Below, in pieces: positions 26,961 to 39,933 of a stretch of 64,000 bases of DNA. The position numbers and the translations under genes are program-made. How positions within the stretch are numbered: the stretch's first letter is position 1; each line of letters begins with the position of its first letter. The notes beneath the pieces were generated by a model. It was given only the letters and a program-made list of their open reading frames with translations. It did not search any database and was not told the origin of the DNA. The stretch comes from Octopus sinensis (taxonomy: Eukaryota), in the NCBI RefSeq assembly GCF_006345805.1, contig NC_043005.1, forward strand, positions 80,290,001 to 80,354,000, read 5' to 3'.

Positions 26961-29762
26961 TCGTAGTTTTATTTTTATAGTGTGCTTTCACTTTACCACC
27001 GAGCGCAGCTCTGTTTGCCTTGGGTATGTGCTGTGTTTGTTGTGATGCTCTGATGGTTATTGTATGGAAAGTGTTCTGCGTTGGATGTGTGCAGTGCCTA
27101 GTAGTGCAATTTTCTGTATGTTATATGTGTTTGTAAGTCCTGGTGTTTTTGTTATGTATTTGTCTGAATATTTTTTTATCAGGCCTAATGCACCTACTAT
27201 GATAGGAATTGTTTCTGTTTTTAGATTCCACATTCACGTTATCTCTATTTCCAGGTCTTTGTATTTTGAAAGTTTCTCCATTTCTTTTAGAGACACGTTG
27301 TCATCTGCCGGTATTGATACATCAATTAGAAAGCATTTTTTTCTTCATGATCTCTGACAACTATATCTTGTCTGTTGGCCTTAATTTGTCTATCTGTGTG
27401 TATCGGCATATCCCAGAGTATGGTTGCTTTCTCGTTTTCTGTGCCCTTTTCTGGTGTGTGCCTATACCATTTTTTTTCTGTTGTTATTCCATAATGTTGG
27501 CATAGCTTCCAGTGTATGTAGGTTCCAATTCTGTTATGTCTGTGAATATATTCCTTCTTAGCCAGGACTAGGCAGCCAGAGTTAATATGATTTATTGTTT
27601 CTTGTCCATCTCCACATATTCTGCAGTTACTTGTTATGTTTCTTTTCATTACATGTTTTTGGTAATTTCTGGTGGGGAGGCTTTGGTCTTGTGCTGCAAT
27701 TAAAAATCCCTCTGTCTCTGCTTTGAGTCCTGAGCTTCTCAACCATTGCTGGTATTTTCCTTTGTCTATTTCTTTTGCATTTAGTTTAGTCCAGTATTTA
27801 CCATGAAGGGGCTTTTCCTTGCCATCGTTTTATCATGGTTCTTAGCTGTTCTAGTTTTAGTTTGGATTTCATTTGTTTTATAGCTTTTTTTGTTCTTCTT
27901 CTTCTTCTTCTTCTTCTCTTCTTTCTCTTCTTCTTCTCTCTTCTTTCTTCTTCTTCTTCTTTTCTTCTCTTCTTCTTCTCTCTTCTTTCTTTCTTCTCTT
28001 CTCTTCTTCTTCTTCTCTTCTTCTTCTTCTTCTTCTTCTTCATATTTATTAGGTGGTATGATTTCTTGTTTGTATTTGTAGAGCTTCCTTAACTACTGAT
28101 AACAGTTTTTTGTTTTGCTCGTGTTTTGCCGCTATTTGTATCAGTTTTCCTTCCCTCTGAAGTAGTTATTTTTGCAGTCCTATTGTGGTTATTTTATAGT
28201 AGTTTTCCAGCTTTTTAAGGCCTCTACCACCTTCTATACGTTGTATATATAGTCTTTCTATGTCAGGTTTTGGGTGACGCACCCTAGATACTGTCATTAT
28301 TTTTCTTGTTTTCCTATCTATTTTGGTCAGTTCATTTAGTGTCCAGTTAATGATATTGTAGCTGTAACTTATAAACTGGGACAACTAAAGTTTTAATACA
28401 TATTATCTTGTTTTTAGCATTGAGCTCTGTTTTTAGTATTGATCTAACTCGTTTGTAATATTCTTTTATTATTTTCTCTTTCATTTGCGTGTGTTGTGTC
28501 TTATCTAGTTCATGGATTCCTAAGTATTTGTAAGTTTGGCTTTGGTCTGGTTCTTTTATTTCATTGGTTTTATCTAGTGTGATGTTGCTACTCTTAACTA
28601 GTTTTCCTCTTTCCAGGGTTACTTTGTGGCATTTTTCTAATCCAGATTTCATATCTATTTCTTTGGTAAATCCATGAACTGTCTTTAATAGTGTTTCCAG
28701 CTGTTTGTCATTTGCAGCGTATAGTTTTAGGTCATCCATATATAAAAGGTGGCTGATCATTTTGCCGTAACATTTATATCCGCATCCAGTGCTATTTAGC
28801 ATATCAGATAGAGGTGACAGTGCCAAGCAGAAAAGGAGTGGAGAGAGCGTGTCTCCCTGGAATATTCCTCTTCTAATGGGGATGTCTTTGGTTTTCATGA
28901 GACCCTCTTTTGTTTGGAGCTGTAACACTGTTTGCCATTTATTCATAGAGTGTCCTATGAATTTTATAATTGTTGGTGCTACTTTGTTAATGGCTAGTGT
29001 TTCGGGGATCCATGTGTGGGGGATGCTATCAAATGCCTTTTTGTTGTCGATCCAGGCCATTCTGAGGCCTTTCTTGTTTCTGTGGCTGTCTTCAGTTATG
29101 GCTTTATTAATCATTAGTTGATCTTTACAGCCAAATGAGCCTTTGCGGCATCCTTTCTGCTCTTCTCGAAACAGGTTGTTTTCGTCCAGGTGCTTGTTCA
29201 GCCTTTGCGATATCACTGCAGTAAATGCCTTGTACATTGTTGGGAGACAGGTTATTGGTCTGTAGTTTTCTGGTTTTGCTGTCTCATTTGATTTGGGAAT
29301 TAAGATGGTTTTCCCCTTCTTGAGCCATTCAGGCATTGTCTCTGGCTCTGCCAGTATGTTGTTAAAATTTTCAGCCAGCTTTTTGTGCATTCCTGTTAGA
29401 TATTTCAGCCAGAATTTGGGGATCTTGAAATGCTCAGGTGCCTTCCAGTTGATTAGTCTTTGCAGTGTCTGGGTGACCTCTTCAGTTGTTACGGAGGTCC
29501 AAAGTTGCTCAGATGCTGAGTTTGTTGTTTTAATACTCCTTTTTTTCGGTCGTTCGTTCGCCGACCATATTTCTTTCCAGAATTCTTCCACTTCTTCTGC
29601 CGTTGGTGCTGCAGTGGTTTCTATTTTATTTTTGCCAAGTTCTTGGTAGAACTTTTTGGGGTTGGAGTTGAACTTTTTGTTTTGTTCAAAGAAGCGCTGG
29701 CGTTTCTCGTACCGGCAGATCCTTTGTGCTTTGGCAAGGATATCTTGCTTTAGCTTTTCTTT
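26961..29762 (-). mobile_element. R4/Dong-like RLE non-LTR retrotransposon, copy 1 (5'-truncated, inactivated)
   Basis: RT, then CRICGDGQETINHINSGC zinc knuckle and RQDIVV...KYKDL PD-(D/E)xK nuclease; TAA arrays on both sides. Confidence 0.93.
28347..29591 (-). pseudogene. Reverse transcriptase ORF fragment (414 aa) of LINE copy 1
   Basis: NYRPITCLPTMYK, QKGCRKGS, WIDNKKAFDSIPH, GIFQGDTLSPLLF, HLLYMDDLKL; frameshifted after VVPV. Confidence 0.93.
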
Positions 29763-29771
29763 TATTATTAA

Positions 29772-29838
<67 letters not shown>

Positions 29839-29841
<3 letters not shown>

Positions 29842-32220
29842 TAGTTTTATTTTTATAGCGTGCTTTCACTACACTACCGAGCGCAGCTCTGTGTGCCTTG
29901 GGTATGTGCTGTGATTTGTTGTGATGCTCTGATGGTTATTGTATGGAAAGTGTTCTGCGTAGGATGTGTGCAGTGCCTAGTAGTGCAATTTTCTGTATGT
30001 TATATGTGTTTGTAAGTCCTGGTGTTTTTGTTATGTATTTGTCTGAATATTTTTTTATCAGGCCTAATGCACCTACTATGATAGGAATTGTTTCTATTTT
30101 TAGATTCCACATTCACGTTATCTCTGTGTCCAGGTCTTTGTATTTTGAAAGTTTCTCCATTTCTTTTAGAGACACGTTGTCATCTGCCGGTATTGATACA
30201 TCAATTAGAAAGCATTTTTTTCTTCATGATCTCTGACAACTATATCTGGTCTGTTGGCCTTAATTTGTCTATCTGTGTGTATCGGCATATCCCAGAATAT
30301 GGCTGCTTTCTCGTTTTCTGTGCCCTTTTCTGGTGTGTGCCTATACCATTTTTTTTCTGTTGTTATTCCATAATGTTGGCATAGCTTCCAGTGTATGTAG
30401 GTTCCAACTCTGTCATGTCTGTGAATATATTCCTTCTTAGCCAGGACTAGGCAGCCAGAGATAATATGATTTATTGTTTCTTGTCCATCTCCACATATTC
30501 TGCAGTTACTTGTTATGTTTCTTTTCATTACATGTTTTTGGTAATTTCTGGTGGGGAGGCTTTGGTCTTGTGCTGCAATTAAAAATCCCTCTGTCTCTGC
30601 TTTGAGTCCTGAGCTTCTCAACCATTGCTGGTATTTTTCTTTGTCTATTTCTTTTGCATTTAGTTTAGTCCAGTATTTACCATGAAGGGGCTTTTCTTGC
30701 CATCGTTTTATCATGGTTCTTAGCTGTTCTAGTTTTAGTTTGGATTTCATTTGTTTTATAGCTTTTGTTGTTTCTTCACCATCTTCTTCTTCTTCGTGTT
30801 TATTAGGTGGTATGATTTCTTGTTTGTATTTGTCAGCTTCCTTAAATACTGATAACAGTGTTTTGTTTTGCTCGTGTTTTGCTGCTATCTGGATCAGTTT
30901 TCCTTCCTTCTGAAGTAGTTATTTTTGCAGTCCTATTGTGGTTATTTTATAGCAGTTTTCCAGCTGTTTAAGGCCTCTACCACCTTCTATACGTTGTATA
31001 TATAGTCTTTCTATGTCAGATTTTGGGTGATGCACCCTAGATCCTGTCAGTATTGATCTAACTCGTCTATAATATTCTTTTTTTATTTTCTCTTTCATTT
31101 GTGTGTGTTGTGTCTTATCTAGTTCATGGATTCCTAAGTATTTGTAAGTTTGGCTTTGGTCTAATTCTTTTATTTCATTGGTTTTATCTAGTGTGGTGTT
31201 GTTACTCTTAACTAGTTTTCCTCTTTTCATGGTTACTTTGGCGCATTTTTCTAATCCAAATTTCATATCTATTTCTTTGGTAAATCCATGAACTGTCTTT
31301 AATAGTGTTTCCAGCTGTTTGTCATTTGCAGCGTATAGTTTTAGGTCATCCATATATAAAAGGTGGCTGATCGTTTTGCCGTAACATTTATATCCGCATC
31401 CAGTTCTATTTAACATATCAGATAGAGGTGACAGTGCCAAGCAGAAAAGGAGTGGGGAGAGCGGGTCTCCCTGGAATATTCCTCTTCTGATGGGGATGTC
31501 TTTGGTTTTCATGAGTCCCTCTTTTGTTTGGAGGTGTAGCACTGTTTGCCATTTATTCATAGAGTGCTCTATGAATTTTATGATTGTTGCTGCTACTTTG
31601 TTAATGGCTAGTGTTTCAAGGATCCATGTGTGGGGGATGCTATCAAGCGCCTTTTTGTTGTCAATCCAGGCCATACTGAGGTCTTTCTTCTTTCTGTGGC
31701 TGTCTTCAGTTACGGCTTTATTAATCATTAGTTGATCTTTACATCCAAATGAGCCTTTGCGACATCCTTTCTGCTCTTCTGGGAACAGTTTGTTTTCGTC
31801 CAGGTGCTTGTTCAGCCTTTGCAATATCACTGCAGTAAATGCCTTGAACGTAGTAGGGAGGTAGGTTATTGGTCTGTAGTTTTCTGGTTTTGCTGTTTCA
31901 TTTGATTTGGGAATTAAGATGGTTTTCCCCTTCGTGAGCCATTCAGGCATTGTCTCTGGCTCTGCTAGTATGCTGTTAAAGTTTTCAGCCAGCTTTTTGT
32001 GCATTCCTGTTAGATATTTCAACCAGAAGTTGGGGATCTTGTCATGCCCAGGTGCCTTCCAGTTGCTTAGTTTTTGCAGTGCCTGGGTGACCTCTTCAGT
32101 TGTTATGGGGGTCCAAAGTTGTTCAGATGCCGAGTTTGTTATTTTGATACTCCTTTTTTTTGGCTGTTCGTTCGCCGACCATATTTCTTTCCAGAATTCT
32201 TCCAATTCTTCTTCTTCTTC
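29839..32220 (-). mobile_element. R4/Dong-like RLE non-LTR retrotransposon, copy 2 (5'-truncated, internal deletion)
   Basis: Same family as copy 1; CRICGDGQETINHIISGC and RPDIVV; flanked by TAA arrays. Confidence 0.93.
30919..32205 (-). pseudogene. Reverse transcriptase ORF fragment (428 aa) of LINE copy 2
   Basis: GIFQGDPLSPLLF, YMDD, DRLYIQRIEGGRGL-type motif; premature stop after GLQK. Confidence 0.93.
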
Positions 32221-32290
32221 TCTTATTATTATTATTATTACTATTATTATTATTATTATTATTATTATTTTATTATTATTATTATTATTG

Positions 32291-32366
32291 AGTGAGAAAG
32301 CAGTTCATGCCATCAAAGTGACACTGGTGTACAAATATATGAAGCCCAATATACCCATCATGACTA

Positions 32367-32429
<63 letters not shown>

Positions 32430-33008
32430 CATTATCATTAATATTATTATTATTATCATTAATATTATTATTATTATTATTATTGATGAGAGAGCAGTTC
32501 ATGCCATCAAGTGACACTGGGGTAAAATATACGAAGCCCAATATACCCATCATGACTACCCGTCTGATAAAGGTACACCAGGCACATGCATCACACCATA
32601 TGTGCGCGACATGGTGATCTCATATCAAGATAAACAGCACATGACCTTGCAGGTGGGGCCCAGTTAGAATTTTCTTCAGGTTGAGTAGCCATCCCGCTCA
32701 AACGGTCCCTGAATAAGGGTTTTTTAAGGATGTTGAAAGAACCCCCCATGTTTCCAGAGGTGAACTATTCAAACCCCAAAGAATCCCTCTCAACCCATGG
32801 CTATGATGCTCCCCCACTACTTCTGCTGCGTGATCAGAGATGCACATATCGTCAGCCACTAAGGGACATGCTCAACTGGTTAAGGTCAAACAACTGACAA
32901 GCAAATCTTGGTATTGAGCAGAATATTTGCTGTAGCCCATCTTTTATACCAAGACAAAACAATGTACATGATAACACTTCCAATCAGTTAAGATCAGAAG
33001 CCATGAGA
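32291..33008 (-). mobile_element. Two copies (one ~75-bp stub, one ~520 bp) of the unclassified TAA-associated repeat
   Basis: Same sequence as 15017-15265; the two copies are separated by a TAT array. Confidence 0.7.
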
Positions 33009-33015
33009 GTTATTA

Positions 33016-33100
<85 letters not shown>

Positions 33101-33154
33101 ATTATTATTATTACCATTATCATTATCATTATTATCATTATTATTATTACTATT

Positions 33155-33236
<82 letters not shown>

Positions 33237-33239
33237 CAT

Positions 33240-33665
33240 TATTTGATGAAACCTCACAATTTATTTTGCTGAATATGATGCAACGTGTCAGCTGTCCACA
33301 GCCAGCAGAGTAAGGTGAGACTTGTTTACTTGTCCTGTTTCAAGAGCCCTGAGAAGAATTCTTTCAGATCCAATAAATGCTGATGTTTGTAGGTGATCTA
33401 CTTTTACAATCCTTGCAATCTTTTTGAGCTGTGTTGGTAGTTAAGTGCTGGTACTTCCAAGAGCACCATGTACTATTGGTATCAAGTCTACTCTCCACAT
33501 TGAATACAAATTTCGTATTTCCTACTTCTTTTCGTTGTAATTGTACAGTTTTCCTTCTTTCTCTTTTGATCTTGTCACCAGGACATGTTCTATCGATTAT
33601 CCTGCAAAGCTTTCTTTCTTATTCATCACAACAATGTCAAGTTTCAGATGTCTGCTCCAGTGATC
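33240..33665 (-). mobile_element. R4-like LINE 3' fragment (RLE domain) of a different family
   Basis: MIQCDH..HLKLDIVV, LIPIVHGALG and VDHLQTSAFIGSERILLRAL; followed by the TAA array 33010-33240. Confidence 0.78.
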
Positions 33666-33699
33666 GCACTGAATCATTGCATCCTACAGGATTCTGCAA

Positions 33700-33835
33700 T
33701 CAGCGAGATGGCAGAAGCGTTAACACGCCGGACGAAATACTCATCGGCATTTCGTCTGTCTTCATGTTCTAAGTTCAAATTCCGCCGAAGTAGACATTGC
33801 TTTTCATCCTTTCGCGGTCGATAAAATATGTACTA
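33700..33835 (+). mobile_element. SINE family C, degenerate
   Basis: GGCAGAAGCGTTAACACGCCGG...AGTTCAAATTCCGCCGAAG...TTTCATCCTTTCGCGGTCGATAAA. Confidence 0.8.
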
Positions 33836-33837
33836 AT

Positions 33838-33950
33838 TGACATTATTTACGGATATTTGTCCTCATCATGTTTGTTATTAACACAACGTTTCAGCTGATA
33901 TATCCTCAAGCCTTCTTCAAGTGTCTTTGGGAAATTTCGAAATGGGTTGT
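33838..33950 (-). mobile_element. 3' part of family E with degenerate hammerhead motif (33880-33925)
   Basis: Reverse complement of 62900-63020; GACAC-UUGAAGA-A-GGCUU..CAGCU-GAAA-CG-UU-GUGUU. Confidence 0.72.
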
Positions 33951-34008
33951 TGTTATTACTACACACACGCACACATATATGTCGTTATATATACGTCCAT
34001 AAATATAT

Positions 34009-34051
<43 letters not shown>

Positions 34052-34102
34052 ATATATATATAATATAAATATATATATATTATATATATATAATATATAT
34101 AC

Positions 34103-34135
<33 letters not shown>

Positions 34136-34138
34136 CAT

Positions 34139-34446
34139 GTGGAGGCACAATGGCCCAGTGGTTAGAGTAGCGGACTCGTGGTCGTAGGATCGATGTTTCG
34201 ATTCCCAGACCGGGCGGTTTGAGTGTTTATTGAGCGAAAACACCTAAGCTCCACGTGGATCCGACAGGGGGGGTGGCGACCACTGTTGTACTCTTTCGCC
34301 ACAACTTTCTCTCACTCTTTCTTCTGTGGCCTGCTCGCTTAACCAGCGGGGTGGCGTCATGTGAAGGCTAAAACAATGCAAAGCGCATTGTAACCAGCGA
34401 TGTGTAGCAACATCTGATAGCCTGGTCGGTCACGGTGATCACGGTG

Positions 34447-34448
<2 letters not shown>
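34139..34448 (+). mobile_element. SINE family B, short-tail form, full length
   Basis: B head; tail ...GCATTGTAACCAGCGATGTGTAGCAACATCTGATAGCCTGGTCGGTCACGGTGAT. Confidence 0.88.
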
Positions 34449-34502
<54 letters not shown>

Positions 34503-34586
34503 CTTAATACATGCATACATGTATACTAGATACATGCATTCATACATGCTACATATATGCATACACGCACATGCATACATATATTC

Positions 34587-35025
34587 TTTTACTCTTGTAC
34601 TTGTTTCAGTTATTTGACTACGGCCATGCTGGAGCACCGCCTTTAGTCGAGCAAATCGACCTCAGGACTTATTTTTTGTAAGCCTAGAACTTATTTTATC
34701 GGTCTCTTTTGCCGAACCGCTTAGTTACGGGGGCGTAAACACACAATTATCGGTATTCAATCGATGTTGGGTGGACAAACACAGACACACAAACATAAGC
34801 ACACATACATATATATGTATATATACATATATATATATACATATATATATATACATATGTACGACGGGCGTCTTTCAGTTTCCGTCGACCAAATTCACTC
34901 ACAAGTCTTTGGTCGGCCAGGGGCTATAGCAGAATACACTTACCCAAGGTTCGACGCTGTGGGAATGAACCCAGAACCATGTGTTTGGTAAGCAAACTAC
35001 ATACCACACAGCCACACCTGCGCCC
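34587..35025 (-). mobile_element. SINE family A, full length
   Basis: Head 34860-35025, internal CA/TA microsatellite, tail 34587-34780. Confidence 0.88.
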
Positions 35026-35586
35026 GTGTATGATTGTTATGTAAATAGATGCAATCAAATGTGACTAGTGCTGTCGTACACATACATACACACAAACATA
35101 CATATATATACACGCACACATATACGCATACATACAGACTTACATGCATACATACATGCATTCATACATATATACATACATGCATGCATAACAAATACAT
35201 ATGTGTATGATTGCGATGTAAATAGATGCAATCACATGTGACTAGGGTTGTCGTAATAATATCAATTTTTTGAGATTTCTAATGTCAATTTATTCGTTGT
35301 TCTTTGCTCTATTGATTCTCGTTACTTCGTTGGTTTTTGTTATATCTTTTATATTTTATTTTGTTTTGACTTTATATTTTTTGGTATGCTTTGCCCTTAC
35401 TGATTTATATTCAAGAGCAGTTGGTGTATTTTAAGGCAATTGTCGTTCTGTTTTTTGTTTTTTTTTTACATTATTTTCATATCTCGAGTTGTGATTACAG
35501 TACGTAAATCGAATGTATACATCTATTTTAGAGGGATATAATTGTCCTACATGTATGAATAATTTTACTATTTATTATCGAAGAAT

Positions 35587-35624
<38 letters not shown>

Positions 35625-35774
35625 ATGCACATATCTACGAATGTAAGTGTATTTTTCACGTCTATAAAATACAGTAAAATACGTACATATATGTATGTGT
35701 GTATGCACACAGATATAGATACTTGCATATATATATAATATATAATAGTATATATATATATATATATATATGTG

Positions 35775-35805
<31 letters not shown>

Positions 35806-35975
35806 TATATATATATATATATATATACCTGTATATATATATATATATATAAATATATATACATATATATACATGCATATATATACATATTTAATATATA
35901 ATATATTTATATATATATACACACATACACACACACACATATATATACGTGTATATATTTATATATCTATATATG

Positions 35976-36007
<32 letters not shown>

Positions 36008-37082
36008 CATGTATTTATAGCAAGATTATCTCACCGTCAGTTCATTTATAAATTAAGTGCTAAAATATACTTATGTAAATACTAAACATGTACAATCCAA
36101 TTCGTTAGTAGAAAAATTCATTTTGTCATAATAAAGTTATGGAGGACGTCAACTTAAAACCTGTGATAATATATACACCTTATCGAATTAGATTCTTCAT
36201 TTTGTGTCGATCAATGCAAAGCAATGCACTGTATTTCTTGTTATATATTTGTCTTTTGTTTATATTTGTGTGTTTTATTGTAGAAATAAGATAATTACTT
36301 ATAAATTGAACCTTAAATGCGTTATCAGTAACGTGGGAAATAGAAACACATTTCATCAACTTATTGTTAAATATTTTTAGCAACATTTCTTTTTAATATT
36401 CATTGATCTTTGAATGTAAAAGAGGGAAAGAGAAGAAAATCGATTTTCATTTCTATTTATTTCTTTTATGGAAAAGTTTAAAAAAAAAAAATTAATCTCC
36501 TATTCCATAGTATTGATATATTATTGGTAATTTTGGTAAATCAAATCTTATGCCGAAATAAAAAGAAAAAATATGCAATGATGTCGAAACAGTTGGAAAA
36601 TAAAAACGATTTATTTCCAGGTTTCGTTGAAGACAACGCCTTAGTATAATGCAATGCTAAATTTGGAAATACGTAAAACGCGTTGTTTCGGAGCTTGCGC
36701 TTGAAATGTTAAGATTAGGCAGTTAAATGTTTATAGAAAAATACTGATGTCGTGAACTCACAATAAACTTACATGCAAAAGCTTCGTATTTATTATGGAT
36801 TCTGTTGTATCCTAATTTTATATAACGGTTACATCCTGTGTATATGTACACAGATTACTATAGATGAAACTTGTTATATATTGCTGTTTAAAATCGGTAA
36901 AATTAGCTTCTGTTGTTGAAAATAAGTTACCTTTGGCATGAGGAAATAGAAGAATGTGGCAATTTAGTTTATTGAATTACTCCCGTCTATTTACAGTGAT
37001 GTATTTTACATATACAGAAATATTAACTGATGTGCAGCGACTGATTGATTTCCTTATTTGTCTATAATTTATGAAATAATAC

Positions 37083-37182
37083 NNNNNNNNNNNNNNNNNN
37101 NNNNNNNNNNNNNNNNNNNNNNNNNNNNNNNNNNNNNNNNNNNNNNNNNNNNNNNNNNNNNNNNNNNNNNNNNNNNNNNNNN
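37083..37182. other. Assembly gap (100 N)
   Basis: Run of n. Confidence 1.
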
Positions 37183-37268
37183 TGTAGAAATTACTAATTG
37201 TCCCTCTTAGCGTGTGGCATGTATGTATAATGCCCTCTGGCATGTATGTATAATGCCCTCTATATATA

Positions 37269-37310
<42 letters not shown>

Positions 37311-37330
37311 GTGTGTGTGTGTTGTGTGTG

Positions 37331-37637
37331 GTGGAGGCGCAATGGCCTAGTGGTTAGGGCAGCGGACTCGCGGTCGCAGGATCGAGGTTTCGATTCCCAG
37401 ACCGGGCGTTGTGAGTGTTTATTGAGCGAAAACACCTAAAAGCTCCACGAGGCTCCGGCAGGGTGTGGTGATCCCTGCTGTACTCTTTCACCACTCTTTC
37501 TCCCACTCTTTCTTCTGTCGGCCTGCTCACTTAGCCAGCGGGGTGGCGTCATTCGAAGGCTAAAACAATGCGAACGCATTGTGACCAGCGATGTGTAACT
37601 ACATCTGATGGTCTGGTCGGTCACGTGATCACGTGAT
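37331..37637 (+). mobile_element. SINE family B, short-tail form, full length
   Basis: Highly similar to 34139-34448. Confidence 0.88.
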
Positions 37638-37674
37638 ATATATATACATATATATATATTTATGTATATATATC

Positions 37675-37850
37675 GCTAGCCACTACACATTCTTTATTTT
37701 CTCTCCTTGTTTCTTTCTGTGTTCCTTTCTGTGGAAGAGCGTAGGCTCGAAACGTTTAAGACTTTTTCACTTCCCGAGCGTTATACTAATACATCTGTTT
37801 GTTGTCTACACCAACTGTTTTCGTCTTTTGTTTTTTCGTTGATTCTCCCT
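37675..37850 (+). mobile_element. Penelope-like terminal repeat fragment with hammerhead-like motif (37724-37762)
   Basis: CTGTGGA-A-GAGC-GTAG-GCTC-GAAA-CG-TT; homologous to 46095-46320 and 52135-52345. Confidence 0.7.
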
Positions 37851-37875
37851 ATATATATATATATATACAAATATA

Positions 37876-38040
37876 CAACGGGCTTCTTTCGGTTTCCTAC
37901 TACCTAATCTGCTTACAATGCTTTGGTCGACCCGAGGCTAGAGTAGGAGATATTTACCAAATGTTTCACGCAAAGGGACTGAACTTGGAACCAGGCGGTT
38001 GGGAAGCACATCTTACCACACAACCACGTCTACACCTGCA
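37876..38040 (-). mobile_element. SINE family A head
   Basis: ACGGGCTTCTTTCGGTTTCC...GCTTTGGTCGACCCGAGGCTA...CTTACCACACAACCACG. Confidence 0.8.
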
Positions 38041-38684
38041 CAGAGACACACACAGACACACACACATACGCACACGATTACACACACATATATGCAGAGT
38101 GCATGAAAGAGCGCGTTCGCATGTGTGTGCGCGCGCGTGTGTATGAGCGCGTGTGTATGAGCGCGTGTGTGTGTGTATGTATGTGAGGGTGTTCGCCTGT
38201 TTTCAACAGGTCATTAAGCGTATAATCCGAATATTATTTCAACCTGTAGAAATAATGGTGAATTATTTGGCATTTAACTGAAAATGATTCTTCATTAATA
38301 TTTTTGAGAGGTTGGAAAAATGGGAATATATATGTGTGTGTATGTGTTTGTTCGTGCGTGAATGTGCGATATACCCCCCCCCCACACACATATATGTATG
38401 TATAGAAAGAGAGAGAGAGAAGGACAGGCAAACAGATAGAGATTGTGCGTATGCATTTAGAAGAGAAGCAGAATGTGTGTGTTTGTGTGTGTACATATTC
38501 TCACATACACTCACACACACACACAGGAATATCTATATCTATATCAATATCGATCTATCTATGAATCTATATCTCTTACTCTATCTATACGTATGTTTGT
38601 GGATGTGGAGCGAGTAGTATTTATTTCTACTTTATATATATATATATATTCATATGTATATATTCATATGTACGTATACATATA

Positions 38685-38716
<32 letters not shown>

Positions 38717-38722
38717 ATATAT

Positions 38723-38759
<37 letters not shown>

Positions 38760-38762
38760 TCT

Positions 38763-39088
38763 TTAAAGACTCCGCCGGTTACGACGACGAGGGTCCCAGC
38801 TGATACGATCAACGGACAGCTTGCTCGTGAAATTAACGTGCAAATGGCTGAGCATTCCACAGACACGTGTAACCCTAACGTAGTTCTCGGGGAAAATCAG
38901 CGTGACACAGAGAGTGACAAGCTGACCCTTTGAAATACAAGTACAACTCATTTTTGCCAGCTGAGTGGACTGGAGCACGACGTGAAATAAAGTGTCTTGC
39001 TCAAGGACACAACGCGTCGCCGGGAATCGAACTCACAACCTTACGATCATGAGCCGAATGCCCTAACCACTAAGCCACGCGCCCTCAC
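38763..39088 (-). mobile_element. SINE family D
   Basis: tRNA-like head GGCGCGTGGCTTAGTGGTTAGGGC...GAGTTCGATTCCCGG, CORE-like CCTTGAGCAAGACACTT, and a middle module shared with long family B. Confidence 0.85.
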
Positions 39089-39855
39089 ATGTATATATAC
39101 ATACATACATATATACGTATTTCAAGTTTTTTTGCTATTTTTTCTATGTAATACTGCTCATTCTTAATGGATTTATCGCAGCCCTGTTTGTTTTTTCATC
39201 TTTAATTCGTTTTATCCATTAAGGTACAGTCTTATGTTTCATATATATATACGGCATTATTTCTGTCTCGAAAAAATATTAATCGTGAACAAATATAAAA
39301 GATATTAAAAGATATATCTTGTATTTCTTTTTATAAATATTTTAAAATTAGTTTTCTTTTGTCAATTGAATTTCTTCAAGTAATGCTGCTTGTTTGTTTT
39401 TCTTATCTGTGTTTTGTTTTGTTATTTTTTTTTGTTTGTTTTTCTCGACGTCTTTGTTGAAAGAACGGGAAAACAAACCTCGAAACAAATGGAGGTTTTC
39501 TTTTTAAGAAAAAGTAATGAAACGTGTAAATATAATTTGATAAATGAAGAAGCATTCGTGCGTGTGCTTGAATATATATATATATGTATGGAGAAAGAGG
39601 GAGAGACAGTGAGAGGGGGGAATTAGCTGATGCTTTTGTAGGCGATTGTGTGCGCGCATATATTTTGTTATGTACATACAGATATGTGTTTACACTAGGA
39701 AAGAGATGCTAAGAGAGAAAGAAATTGTGCTTTGAAGCCCTGAGTATCTAAACATATGTATTATTTCCAAAGATTAATGTCAATTGTTTATAAAAAAGAA
39801 AGGCGGCAATCTGTTAAATTGCATTATTTACAAGCAAAGGTTTAGTTCCTAACGA

Positions 39856-39932
<77 letters not shown>

Positions 39933-39933
39933 T

